From NCBI RefSeq assembly GCF_037042905.1, contig NC_087251.1:32490001-32550000 (forward strand): DNA of 60,000 bases, in the 5' to 3' direction. Source of the stretch: Lytechinus pictus. Lineage: Eukaryota. This document shows positions 27,001 to 37,692 of this stretch, in pieces (the first letter of the stretch is position 1; every line of letters begins with the position of its first letter). A model generated the notes under the pieces. The model was not told the origin of the DNA. It searched no databases and saw only the letters and a program-made list of their open reading frames with translations. A program made the position numbers and the translations under genes.

Positions 27001-30000
27001 GCCTATCCGTCGTAAGTTCTCTGCAGGTATCACAAATTTAACATGAACAGAATATTAAACCATTTTTTTCAATAAAAAAACATAAAATTGATGAAATAAT
27101 TCCCTTTTTGTCAGGTCATTCTAGTTTCTGGATGAAGTTTATTAATTTAAAAAAAATATTTTTTTAAAGTTTTTTTATTTACCTATTTATTTATTCATTT
27201 ATTTATTTATTATATTTATTTGCTGTATTGGTAGGTTATTAAGAGAATGGCAACGACCCTGAAAATGAAATCAACAACTGTGACCCCAGAATACATGGAG
27301 GGATTCCAGCAGGCAAACAACACATTCCTATATCAACTGGCCTATGACCCCAATAAGAAGAAGCTGCAACCTTTAACCCCATACCCGCCAGAGGTCGGAC
27401 CATCAACGCTGACCTACGCTGGCAAGTAAGTTACACATTTCCTTTTGGGTTAATAATAATTTATGTAACTAACTGCATCTTTCATTCTCCTGAAGACGAC
27501 AATAACACACTTGTTGAAATATTGAGTTTGGGTGATACTTTTCAGGACCAACGCATGCCCTCAAAAGAGTACACTGTGTAATGTGAGACCTCTGCACACT
27601 AATGTATCTTTATTCCCATAGCAATAATCCAATAACTCCATTTTTTTCTGAATTATTTAATTCATTGATTCCTTGATTTATTTGCTAGGTCATAATGTGT
27701 TTAGCTGAAAAATTAGAAAATAATTAAAATATTATTACATGAATGGTAAACTTCTTGTAAAAAAACAAAATTCTTGCTGATTAAAAGAATGGTAGTATAC
27801 AGATCTCAGTCAAGAGTATGGCGGCAAACCTCCCCATTTAGATATGAAGGTGTTCGACTTTTACTGTGGTATCCAGGCGCGGATCCAGCTGGATTAGACA
27901 GAATAGTTTTGAAAGACCGACTAATGTGCGAAAAAACAATATGGTCCCTAAAACGGTATTGTGTTCACCCTGACTAGGTCCGCCCCTGGTGGTAAATGTC
28001 AGATAATGACAACTTGTCAAATAACTTTTATGAAATGTTTCCTAGAGATAACTTCAAAATTGTATTTTCATTGTAGATATGTTGATGAAAACAAGGCTTA
28101 TCAGATGGCGTTGGGTAACATCAATTTTAACACCATGGAAAGAATGGCAGACTTTGATCCAATGGTCAACAAGGTATAAAGACATTCATAAATCGGCAGT
28201 GATGTGTTTCATGTAGTACCAAGACATGTTAATAAAATGAACATGAAATAAAATTAAATCCACATACATTATTGGAATTAAAAAAAAAAAGCATTGAAGA
28301 TCTTGGTTATTGTTGTATGAATTGAATTTTCAAATTTATTCATAACTGCCTATATTGGGAAAATACCCCCAAATAAATCCTATTTCTGAAAATCTCTTAA
28401 TAATTTGTTCCTATTTCGTTGCTGTCAGGGTTGGTAAGTATGACAGTATTTCTTGGTGCATTCACAGTTAAGCAAAGAAAATGAAATTTGTATATAATAA
28501 TTGCAACAAAAAAAACAATTTGAAAAGAACGCAAGTTTTAAGATACGTTTTTTCATGGCTGTAGCAGATGGAAGTATATGTTGATTATGAATGATTTGGA
28601 AATACTTTAAATTGAATTTTTGTTTCAGCATCATGACAAGAAGACACCAAGGTACTTGTTGAGTATTTGGCATAAGGACTACCAACCAGGTCCTGGACTA
28701 GGATGCTTGGACCAGGACCATGTAGAACGAGAAGGGACAAAGGGAAAAGAAATAACTGTCGAGGTTAAGCACAGACTGATCCAGAAGAAGAGACAGAGAG
28801 AGGGTATATTCAAAATATATATACCAAGAGACCATTTCACAAAGGACTTACAATTATTATAACTTTGCCATTATGGCAACTATCATGGTAACTGGGCTCA
28901 GCAGCCAATCAAAATCGAGGTTTCTTTGGTAGTTACCATAATTGTAAATCTTCATGAAACCAGACCCCAGAAGAGCATTTCATGAATGTATGTCATTTTT
29001 ACTAATGCCAATTATTATAATCTACTGGAATTCTTGCATCTGATTGGCTAAGAACAAGTTTGTCGGTGAAAGTCGATGACAAGACGGTTCATGAAAAGCT
29101 CACATGGATGTTTGGTGCATGGTTGTAGTTGATTTGAAAGCTCTCACTGTGCAAGAGTAAAAGTGTCTAAAATGGATTGCATGTGAATTTGGTAAAGCGA
29201 TTGCAATATTTTTTCCGCAAGATATTCTTTAAATGCTTTACATGTGCTTTGGTTCCTTTTATTATACTCCATTTATACATATGAATAATAGTGCTTCAAT
29301 TCCTCGTATAAATTTGCTCTTGATATGAAGGCAGAAAGTGACTTGCCATTGATGACACGGTGAGGGTGCAGACAATGCAACTTTGCTATTATAATCTCAA
29401 AATGTAATGGCTACTGTTTCTTGCCAACTTTTTTTCCCCCGAATTTTATGAGATTTTTCAGCAAATCTAATATTAAGAATACAATGAAAGATATCGAGAG
29501 AAACTTGATGGCATGTAAAAGATATGCTAGTTTAATTTGTTCATACATGTGACTCCCCTTCATACCAATATCTCTTATGTAATATCATTATACCCGTAGA
29601 AGAAGAGGAAGTTCAAGGTCCATCAGATGACCAGCTCTCCTCCATGTATACCAACACCACGGCCAAAGGATGGTCAGATGAGAACCAGTGGTTAGAATGC
29701 CAACGGGTCATCCCCGAGACTCCTGACAAAGATGTGATAGAAGAGATCAAACCTGCTAAGAGGAATAGGTTTGCTACTAAGCTAACATCCAAGAAGAGAG
29801 CTAACATAGTCAACAGTGGAGAGGTGGTTACTAGTAGGTTAGTATCATGGTAGAAAACTTGACCGAAGAAGATATTTTGTAGTTTAGTGATCACTAGCAG
29901 GTCAAAAACTTGTCTTTAAGATGATTAAGCTGAAATTAATTATTAATAATAATTACAGTAATGTTTATTCTTGCTTTGACTTCCTCTTACAGGGAGTATT

Positions 30001-33000
30001 TCATGAAAGGACTTGTCAGACGTTTTATCTGACAAGTCCTGTTTCAAACGACAGTTACCATAGTAACGATGCTTCTCAGCCAATCAAATTCGATGAAAGT
30101 TTTCAGATCTTACTACCCTAGCTTCAGGAGAGCAGTTGGTACATGCTCTGCTCTTCTGAAAGGAATACATTTTTGCCAGGCCCCCATTTACCTCACTGGG
30201 TTAAAAATGTAATGTGCTGTTCATAATAAAAGAGTAGAACAAGTAGAGTTTTGCACCACTTCATTTTATCGTCATGTTTAATTAGGAAAAGAAAGTGTCA
30301 AAGTTTGACCTAATGACTGTAAGATTATATATCTTCTTTCATTAATAATAGTAATGATAATAAGGTCCATTTATATAGCACAGCTACTATAATTGCTTAT
30401 ACTCTACTGCGATTGATACTTGGCATCATATTAATACCCCGGCTGTAGATGAGCTGCCATATAGGCGCTAAAGCATTCAAGAAATAAATCCTACCGGGTA
30501 CCCATTTACGTCACCTGGGTTCAGTGCAGCACAATGTGGTTAGGCATATATCACATAGCTTTTAAGCTTCTGTTTTGTCTTTTCTAGGTTTTTCCAGCCC
30601 AAGAAGCTGGATGTCTCAGGAGAGAATAAGCAGCAGATACCTGGTGATAGCAAGATCAAAATGGAAAAGAAAGAAAACCAAAGAATTAATATGAACACTT
30701 CAGGACTTCTAGAAGGAATTGTCGACATTGAAATGGAACAACAGAAACAATTCAAAGCAGAAAGTGACGGTGATGATGAAGAGACTGAAAACTCAGAGGA
30801 CGTGATTGCGATTGAATCGAAGGAAAGTATTTGTGGTAGTCGTTCCAAACAGACACATGTCTCAAAGAGCATAAATGCATTACAAAGGTTTCAGAGGTCT
30901 TCCTCTGCCCCTGTACTAATGAAAACTGAAAGGAATCTTTCATCAAACTCACTCTCTACCTCTGTGAAACCTAAAACCTTGCCCGCAAGCCAGCAATCTG
31001 AAGATATCCCTGACTCACAGAAGAGCATTATAGAGATTGAATCCTCTCAAGATTCTGTATGTTCGGTGAGGAGTGTCGATACCTGCAGTCAATCGTCATC
31101 ACTGTCTTCAAGCCAGAGACAAGGTACACCCAGACCTAGGGGTGCCTTCTCCTGGAGCAGGAAAAAAGAACTACAAGGCAAGAAGTCTACCAAGGACAGT
31201 AAACAGACCACATTGGGGTCACTCAGTAACTTCCTATTCAAACCCACACTGCAAAAGAAACCCATGCCAAGGCAGGCTGTTGTAAGTGTCCAAGATGGCC
31301 TACCGGAGAGCAACAGCCTGAGCAGGAGAGATTCATTTGAGAGACCATCCTCCCCTGTGTCGCAGGATTCCTCATCGCAGCTCTTGAGTCTGTCTCGTTC
31401 CTCATCCATACCGGGAAGCATGGACATGGCAAGACTAGGTGAAGACATCACTTTCATGGTAAGTATGATGTTATCCAATCAGAGCTATCATGTTAGATCA
31501 TACTTCTCTTTTGTCCCTAATGAAGACGATGTTTAAGTGACCTCATCTGAAATTTCTTGACAAAATCATAGGTTCAAATATATATTTGTGCATGTGATTT
31601 GATGAAAAATGTACTTGTTAACGGAACCTGTTTGGTCATAGTTTTCTTTCTAATTCTTACGCCTACATTAGCTCATCTCTGTGTTTTTATTCTCATAATA
31701 TGGAAAAACCTTACATTAGTATCGTAATCAGATTAAAATTAACAATTTAACATGTCCATATTGTTATTAAAATTTAATGTATTCATTCTCCACTCGTTCA
31801 AAAAAATATGAAAAGACAAAGTGGAAAGGCACTTTGAGTATTGGTTCAGTCTTGGTTATTGAAGTTCAACAGTGAGACAACATAATATATGAGTATATCA
31901 ACATTGAGAATGTCATTGGTACAAAGTAGCAATGTTGCCATCTACTGTTCAATTGGCATTTTCTTCTCTATTTGGAGAGTATAGCCAGACAGAAATGGAA
32001 AAAAGATTTTTAAGTTATTGACCTGAATATGTCACATGGATGTCATGAGAATTGAGAAATCTGAAATTTCTTTCAAGTCTTTTCTTATCTTAACTTATTA
32101 GTCATTTTCTTTATTGATTAAAAATAAAATGTAGTTCACAGACAAGATGATGCTTAAAGTTTTATAGAAATATGTCGTGCCAGCTTGACTTTTGAAACTG
32201 AATCATTTGGAAATGTAACCCAGATTTCAGCCACATCTGTTAAGAATGACTTATATTTTTATCAAATCCAGTACATTTGCTTCTTCTTTGAAATGATTGT
32301 GATATGATACAGACCATGACATTTATGAATACTGATCATTTTATAAAAGACTAAGGGTTGGCAGAGGGGGGGGGTCAAACCTGATGGGTATTGAATCCGA
32401 GATGATAAATGATGATCATTTCTTATGCTAAATGTATATTGCTTTAGCACCTAAGAACATGTTCAGTTGTGCATAAAGTCATACGTGGCTTCATGAATAG
32501 CTGTATGAAACACCAACTCAATGTCTTTATCAAAATTTAGACATCAAACTGATCTCTGTTCTATTTCAATAATTCTGTCTATCTCACAGGATTCACAGAG
32601 CAGTAACATGACAGAAAGCCAGGACACTAGTTCTATTGATCTCACATCAGATGCAACCTCACAGCTCATAGAGTTATCTATACCCCCACTCCCTCAGCTA
32701 CCATTCCAGATAGATGTCAACACAGAGGAGGAGAGTAAAAGAGAGAGGATGGAAGGGATTGGAAGAGCTGGATTGTCTAGAAAGAGAAAGGTATAAAGAG
32801 GAATTGTGACCCCTCCCCCTGGCATTCTTCATAACTAGGTCTCAATGAGTCTTTGTTCATGCTACATGTATCAGTCCTCTGGTTGCTTATTAACAAGCAT
32901 CTAGAGTAAATATAGCCCACTTTAGAAGATATTTGGTAATCAAACTGTTTTATTATTTTTTTTTTGTGTGTGTGATTTATTTATTATCATTATATCTACT

Positions 33001-36000
33001 TCTTTTAGGAGGTGGGGGTTATTTAGAGATTGGATTACACAGAGAAGATTCTCCCTTCTTACAATTCCAAATCTTGCATGACCAAGTAATAATTGGTTAA
33101 TACCAAATTGACCCAGTTTCTGAGCAAACTAAATATTTCCCTCAGGATGTCAGAATCAGAGTGTGGTCTCTTCTCAAAACCACTTCTTATTCCGTCTGCC
33201 ATTTACTTATTCTACTGGCATCCCGATTCTCAGGATGGTTCATGAGCAACGTCCTGTCGTGAGAAATGCCCTAAATTGAAAGGAAATGAAAGGAACATGA
33301 CAGATACACAATTGAACATGAGGTTTGTCAGATCATCAGCAAAATTACATGTCCATCCTTCCATCTATTTCCAACATTGTCATATTTGTGGTTACAAAAA
33401 AAAATAGTCAGTGTGGTTTCTACAAAAGTGATGGGGACATATGCTGAAATCAAGCCAACTTCCAACATATTTTGATGCCAGGATAAACAATAGAATTATC
33501 CCCTTACATCTTATCATATTGATGGCTTTTGTCATTGATCAGTATAAAAGTTCAAATTTGTCTGCATCTTCTGGGTTTTTTTTCTTTTTACTTTTAACAT
33601 TTTTCCGCCCCTTGCAAGTTCCCCCACCCCCAATATGCCACTGAGTATGAAAACGTGGATGTCAAAATTGTATTATTTTTGTAGTTGACAGCATGATGAG
33701 CCTGTGACAGAAAATATTAGTTGTTTGGGTCAATAAATAAAAGTCTGAATTCAAGAGAGCTCTTTCAATTCTCAATTATTTTGCTTGGTATTGTTGAATT
33801 TTTCTCATTATCGGAAATAAAAATCCGATTATTGGTTGGTTGTTCTGTTGGGTGTTTCATAAAGCTGTTCGTAAGATAAGAGCGACTTTAAGAATGATTG
33901 GTGATCCTTTCTTATGCGCTAAATAATCATGGTGAACATCATTTACCCCAAGGAAGGATCACCAGTCATTCTTAAAGTCGCTCTTGACTTACGAACAGCT
34001 TTATGAAACGCCCCCCAGGTAAATCTGCCAAAGTAAAATCTTATTGGTCCTTACAAATATATTTGTATAGATGTATATAACACATGTTTTGAATCATCTG
34101 ATATATAAAAAAAATTGTTTCAACCTAGGTGATTATACAACTTATGGAAAATCGACGTAGGCATCATTACATGTTCATTCTATTAAAGAAGAGCAGGTTT
34201 TTCCTTGTAAGTTGTAACAGATTAATGACTCTTTTTCTTCAACATTTTCCAGAAAATCCCCTCATTTGATGATCACTCTCCAACCAAAGTCACCAGTGTA
34301 GTGTCCAGTCCTGATACCGACGATGTGTCTCTTTCCAGTTCCACCGCATCATCACCTCCACCGGCTTCTGCATCTTTAGACACCGCCAAAATCATTGCCA
34401 TGGCAACTGCATCACAATTTAAAGACTCTAATCAAAATGATGCTGTTTCAGGAGCAATTCAAGGAGCAGGGGATGGTCTTGGGTCATCTGGTTGCTCTAG
34501 GGGAGGAGAGACGGAGGTGTCGTTGGGTGTGGTCGGGAAGAAGGGCGTGGTAATGCAAGAAGAGGAATGGGAGAACACTCCACCAGGGAGGGGAGGGGTG
34601 TCGCCCTACAAGAGACACCGGAATAGAAGTCTATCAGGAAAAAGACATCAGGTAGCTACTCGTGCATCTTCTATTTCTAATACATTTTAAAGTGTGCACC
34701 TTCTGAATATACTTTGACTCGAATCAGTACGGTAATTCAAATTAAAAAATCACTGAAATTTCTGTAAAACTTTATGATTTTGGTTTTTATGAATGTGGCA
34801 TTTTAAAGTTTTGAATGATTTTAAACAGTTCTATGCATGTTATAAACATACAATGAGTTTTCTGATGAAGTCATATCCCTTCTTGTGCTTTTTTGTTTAT
34901 TCACTAAAATTATGATTATTCCAATTTCATGATTCAAAAATGTAAAAATATGATGAAAAAAATTAACTTACCGGTATTTGAATTTCATTCAATCAAATTG
35001 TTAAAAAGGAAAATGATGACATGGTATCATCATCTCATTCAATATTCATGATAACATGCATTGCTGAAATGATTTAAACCAAAATTTGCGAATTAAAATA
35101 AAGAAATCATATTTTATTATTTTTGGTTTTCTAAGAGTCATGGAAACCATTTATTTAAGAAATATTTTTACCAATGATAGTCACATATGATGTATCGGTG
35201 AGTCACTACCAGGTTTATAGTTTAATAATAAATTGTAATTTATGATTTATAAATCAGTCACATCTTTCAGGAAATTTGATCTTCGTGAAATCATTAAAAA
35301 ACTGGAAGTAAATCATTCATAATGATCCCCTCTCATATTTTGATGTATCTTGCTTTGATATTTATCATAGGGACCAGGAGCTGGGTTCACCAGAGAAGCA
35401 AATCAACAAAATGCCATCATTTCTGAGCCAAAGAGTAAGTCTTTTACCAAGGATGACATGACTGATCTTTTTTTTAATTTTCTCTTAAAAAAGAACAAAT
35501 GTTATTTTCAGGAAATAGATTTTCATGAGTTGACATCCATCCAATATTTCCTCACGGAGATATGGTGTACATGGCTATATTTAGATAAATTTGTGTAATG
35601 TTTTGAAAGGATTTGCTGCTGACATCTTTATTTTTTTTTGGGGGGGGGGCAGAACTACCTCTTCTACTTGATTGTAGCACTTCCTAGTCTAGTCTTTGAC
35701 TTCTATCTTATATCTACTTTCTTTACTTGTCTCTTTTTACTTTTTTTCCAATTCTTCCTCTAATCACCAATACCTGATGTGTTAGCCCTTTTTTGGAGTA
35801 TTTATTGCATTTCTTAGTAAGAATGATATCAAAATTTATTAGTACAATTGTCTTTTCTTTTTTTTCTTGTTGCTTTCATTGTTTCATTTGTAATTATATT
35901 TCTTTATCTGTTGCATGACACTTATTTTCTTGTTTTTGAATAGTTTGATTGTTAAATTTGGCCTTCCCTGCAGTCGGGGATTAACCAGATCTAAAGCTTT

Positions 36001-36223
36001 GATTGCTTCTTCTACTACTAGTATTACTTTAATGTTTAAATATGTATCATTTTACTATGTCTGTCATTCTCTCTACTTCACAGAACAATCAGCCTTTCTT
36101 GGTAAATGTAAAGCATCTGGTCTGTCCAAGAAGAGACGACTGAGTGGCAAAGGCAAACCAGAAGCAACTCCTAAGGGACAAACTTCTCTTCTTGCATTCA
36201 TGGCGAAACCAAAGACAAGGTAA
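20843..36223 (+). CDS. EXO1: Exonuclease 1 (XPG/Rad2-family 5'-3' exonuclease), about 1045 aa
   Basis: Exons 20843-21003, 24206-24325, 25014-25137, 26048-26185, 26670-26882, 27235-27425, 28077-28173, 28629-28803, 29600-29837, 30588-31458, 32590-32790, 34253-34651, 35371-35434 and 36084-36223 (or spliced at 36219 to 37680-37692) are phase-consistent GT-AG. Motifs: [59 protein letters not shown] (H3TH). Confidence 0.95.
21452..24078. mobile_element. piggyBac-like non-autonomous element in an EXO1 intron
   Basis: ttaa|ctctt...gcca and tggc...aagag|ttaa ends; subterminal repeat gggcaactatagctgcca twice; CpG-richer than the surrounding intron. Confidence 0.6.
23225..23400. repeat. Degenerate (AAT/GAT)n microsatellite
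   Basis: Directly visible trinucleotide runs. Confidence 0.85.
24206..24325 (+). CDS. EXO1: EXO1 coding exon 2 ([25 protein letters not shown]...)
   Basis: tctag acceptor, gtaagt donor, VFDG motif. Confidence 0.95.
25014..25137 (+). CDS. EXO1: EXO1 coding exon 3 ([16 protein letters not shown]...)
   Basis: ttag acceptor, gtata donor, helical-arch region. Confidence 0.95.
26048..26185 (+). CDS. EXO1: EXO1 coding exon 4 ([13 protein letters not shown]...ITEDSDL)
   Basis: XPG-I catalytic motifs, canonical splice sites. Confidence 0.97.
26670..26882 (+). CDS. EXO1: EXO1 coding exon 5 ([16 protein letters not shown])
   Basis: H3TH motif, canonical splice sites, 213 nt. Confidence 0.97.
27235..27425 (+). 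CDS. EXO1: EXO1 coding exon 6 (...[16 protein letters not shown]...)
   Basis: Conserved ANNTFLYQ motif, gtaagt donor. Confidence 0.95.
27487..27526 (+). ncRNA. Minimal type I hammerhead-ribozyme-like motif (Penelope-associated)
   Basis: ctc-CTGAAGA-c-gacaa(taacacac)ttgtt-GAAA-tatt-gag: stem I, conserved core, stem II and palindromic stem III. Confidence 0.55.
27874..27988. mobile_element. Short hAT-like MITE
   Basis: caggcgcggatccag / ctaggtccgcccctg TIRs; imperfect 8-bp TSD gtggtatc / gtggtaaa. Confidence 0.6.
28077..28173 (+). CDS. EXO1: EXO1 coding exon 7 ([16 protein letters not shown]...)
   Basis: Conserved ALGN motif, 97 nt, phase fits. Confidence 0.93.
28629..28803 (+). CDS. EXO1: EXO1 coding exon 8 (...SIWHKDYQP...TKGKE...)
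   Basis: EXO1-typical SIW motif, tttcag acceptor. Confidence 0.88.
29600..29837 (+). CDS. EXO1: EXO1 coding exon 9 (...KRNRFA...VVTSR)
   Basis: Phase 1 in, phase 2 out; RNxFA motif and first half of the SRFF box. Confidence 0.88.
30345..30540 (-). mobile_element. SINE 3' portion, reverse orientation
   Basis: gggtacccatttacgtcacctgggttcagtgcagcacaatgtgg is the reverse complement of the SINE core; (AAT)-like tail. A further fragment lies at about 30110-30205. Confidence 0.7.
30588..31458 (+). CDS. EXO1: EXO1 coding exon 10 (871 nt, Ser-rich disordered region)
   Basis: tttctag acceptor, ATG|gtaagt donor, corresponds to ORF 30661..31536. Confidence 0.9.
32590..32790 (+). CDS. EXO1: EXO1 coding exon 11
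   Basis: cacag acceptor, AAG|gtata donor, phase 0/0, SQ-rich, ends RAGLSRKRK. Confidence 0.8.
33850..34016. mobile_element. Palindromic MITE, copy 2
   Basis: Same TIRs as 3929-4102. Confidence 0.8.
34253..34651 (+). CDS. EXO1: EXO1 coding exon 12
   Basis: ttccag acceptor, CAG|gtagc donor, 399 nt open frame, phase 0/0. Confidence 0.8.
35371..35434 (+). CDS. EXO1: EXO1 coding exon 13 (64 nt, [21 protein letters not shown])
   Basis: catag acceptor, gtaagt donor; supplies the phase 0 to phase 1 change needed to join exon 14. Confidence 0.7.
36084..36223 (+). CDS. EXO1: EXO1 coding exon 14 (KASGLSKK...[11 protein letters not shown]-like box)
   Basis: cacag acceptor; ASGLSKK resembles the vertebrate EXO1 C-terminal motif; TAA overlaps an AG|gtaag donor. 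Confidence 0.85.
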
Positions 36224-36924
36224 GAAACTCATAATAACTCTAATTTACAATAATAACTATTTATCTACCCAGGGTAGCTACTTCAGCTGTAAGTTATTAT
36301 TCCAGGAGGCCCTGCATAACATAAAATGTTATTATTATGTAACTCTTAATCTTTTATTTTATATTGTCACATTTGTACTCTCCTTCCTTTCTTTCTCATC
36401 CTCTCTCTCTGTCTTTCTCATTCTATGTTTATATATTTCTCTTCTGTGCCCCGCTTTTCATTACATCATCAGAGAAGATTCCCCCCTGTTCTCCCAGTAA
36501 TTTCTTCATGTCTTCACAAAACGCGCCAATATAAATACTTTATAATATATTCCTACATAACTTGTGGTAATGTAAACATGACTCATTTGTTTATCGCCGC
36601 TTTTTAAGAACACACCAATATCATCCTTGGCACCACATTCCTATTCATTCTATGGTAATGCAACCATTACTCATTTGTTTATTACCCTCAGGAATCCACT
36701 GATCAGCCAGAAAGGGGTTTCTCCACTCTCACCAAATAGAGCAAACATACATGCAGACCTCACTCCAGAAACAGATGGTAGTCTACTGTCCAGACAGGGA
36801 CGTGCACTCGCCACCAAGAGGCATATATTTGAGTAACACTGTCCGTCACCGCATCATTTTCATCATCATTGTACACGTCTTGATCGTCGGTTACCTATCC
36901 TCAAGTCCAGTACTTCATAACATA

Positions 36925-37075
36925 AACATGGTCTGGTGGTTCTATCTCTCGCTTTTGAAACTGAGGGCCATGGGTTCTAATCCCAGCCATGGCATGAGAT
37001 CCTTCAGTAAAAAATTGGGCCACAGTGTGCTGCACTTAACCAACGTGAAATGGGTCCACAGTTGCCAGGACAAAC
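36925..37075 (+). mobile_element. tRNA-derived SINE, degenerate copy
   Basis: tttgaaactgaggg...gggttctaatcccagccatggcat...tccttcag...ccacagtgtgctgcac aligns to 5043-5190. Confidence 0.75.
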
Positions 37076-37679
37076 CTGTGACACCATAGTTTGCGCATAT
37101 TTTGTAAGAATTTTTTGGAGGGCTAATACCAATTGATATGCTATTATTTCTTCATGAGATTTGACATACCATAAAGTGTAAACATAGAGAAAGTACTAGA
37201 CTTATTTGTAGTCAATTTTTTTTCTTGTCACATGAGAATTCATGTCTTGTATTAATTATTGTCAAGATAGATCACAAACGATATTGTTCAATGCTATTCA
37301 ATACCAATTTATTGCATTCAGTCGTATTCAGTGAAGTGTGATTCACTAGTATATTTAATTAATTGGCTGCCCTTTACTTTTATTAGGAATCACACAATAT
37401 GGTGGTAAAATGTACATTCAGTTTATTCGACCAAATAGTAAACCAATTCGGTTATGCACATGTGGCATTAGACTATCTGATGAGCAGACCAAGAACTTGT
37501 ACATCCATTGAATGTACCGTTGATAGTAAATGTATGTTTGTGTAAGTTACAAGTGCAGCTAGGTAAAGGATGTTAATGTAATTTAAGCAAGGTTCAGCAA
37601 TTATTGTAAACTGTCCATGCAATCAAGTTTCCGATCCAAACTCCATTGTTAATGTAATCAACCTTATCATTCTTTTCAG

Positions 37680-37692
37680 GGACTCTACGTAA
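37680..37692 (+). CDS. EXO1: Candidate EXO1 terminal coding exon (R-DST*) plus 3'UTR
   Basis: Strong acceptor tcattcttttcag|G; AATAAA at 37885-37890 followed by GT-rich sequence. Confidence 0.5.

Noticed and set aside
30540..31478. Minus-strand ORFs over EXO1 exon 10
   Set aside because: Antisense shadow frames.
35372..35434. Alternative reading frame [21 protein letters not shown] for the 64-nt EXO1 exon
   Set aside because: Phases do not fit the flanking exons as defined here (needs phase 0 in, phase 1 out).
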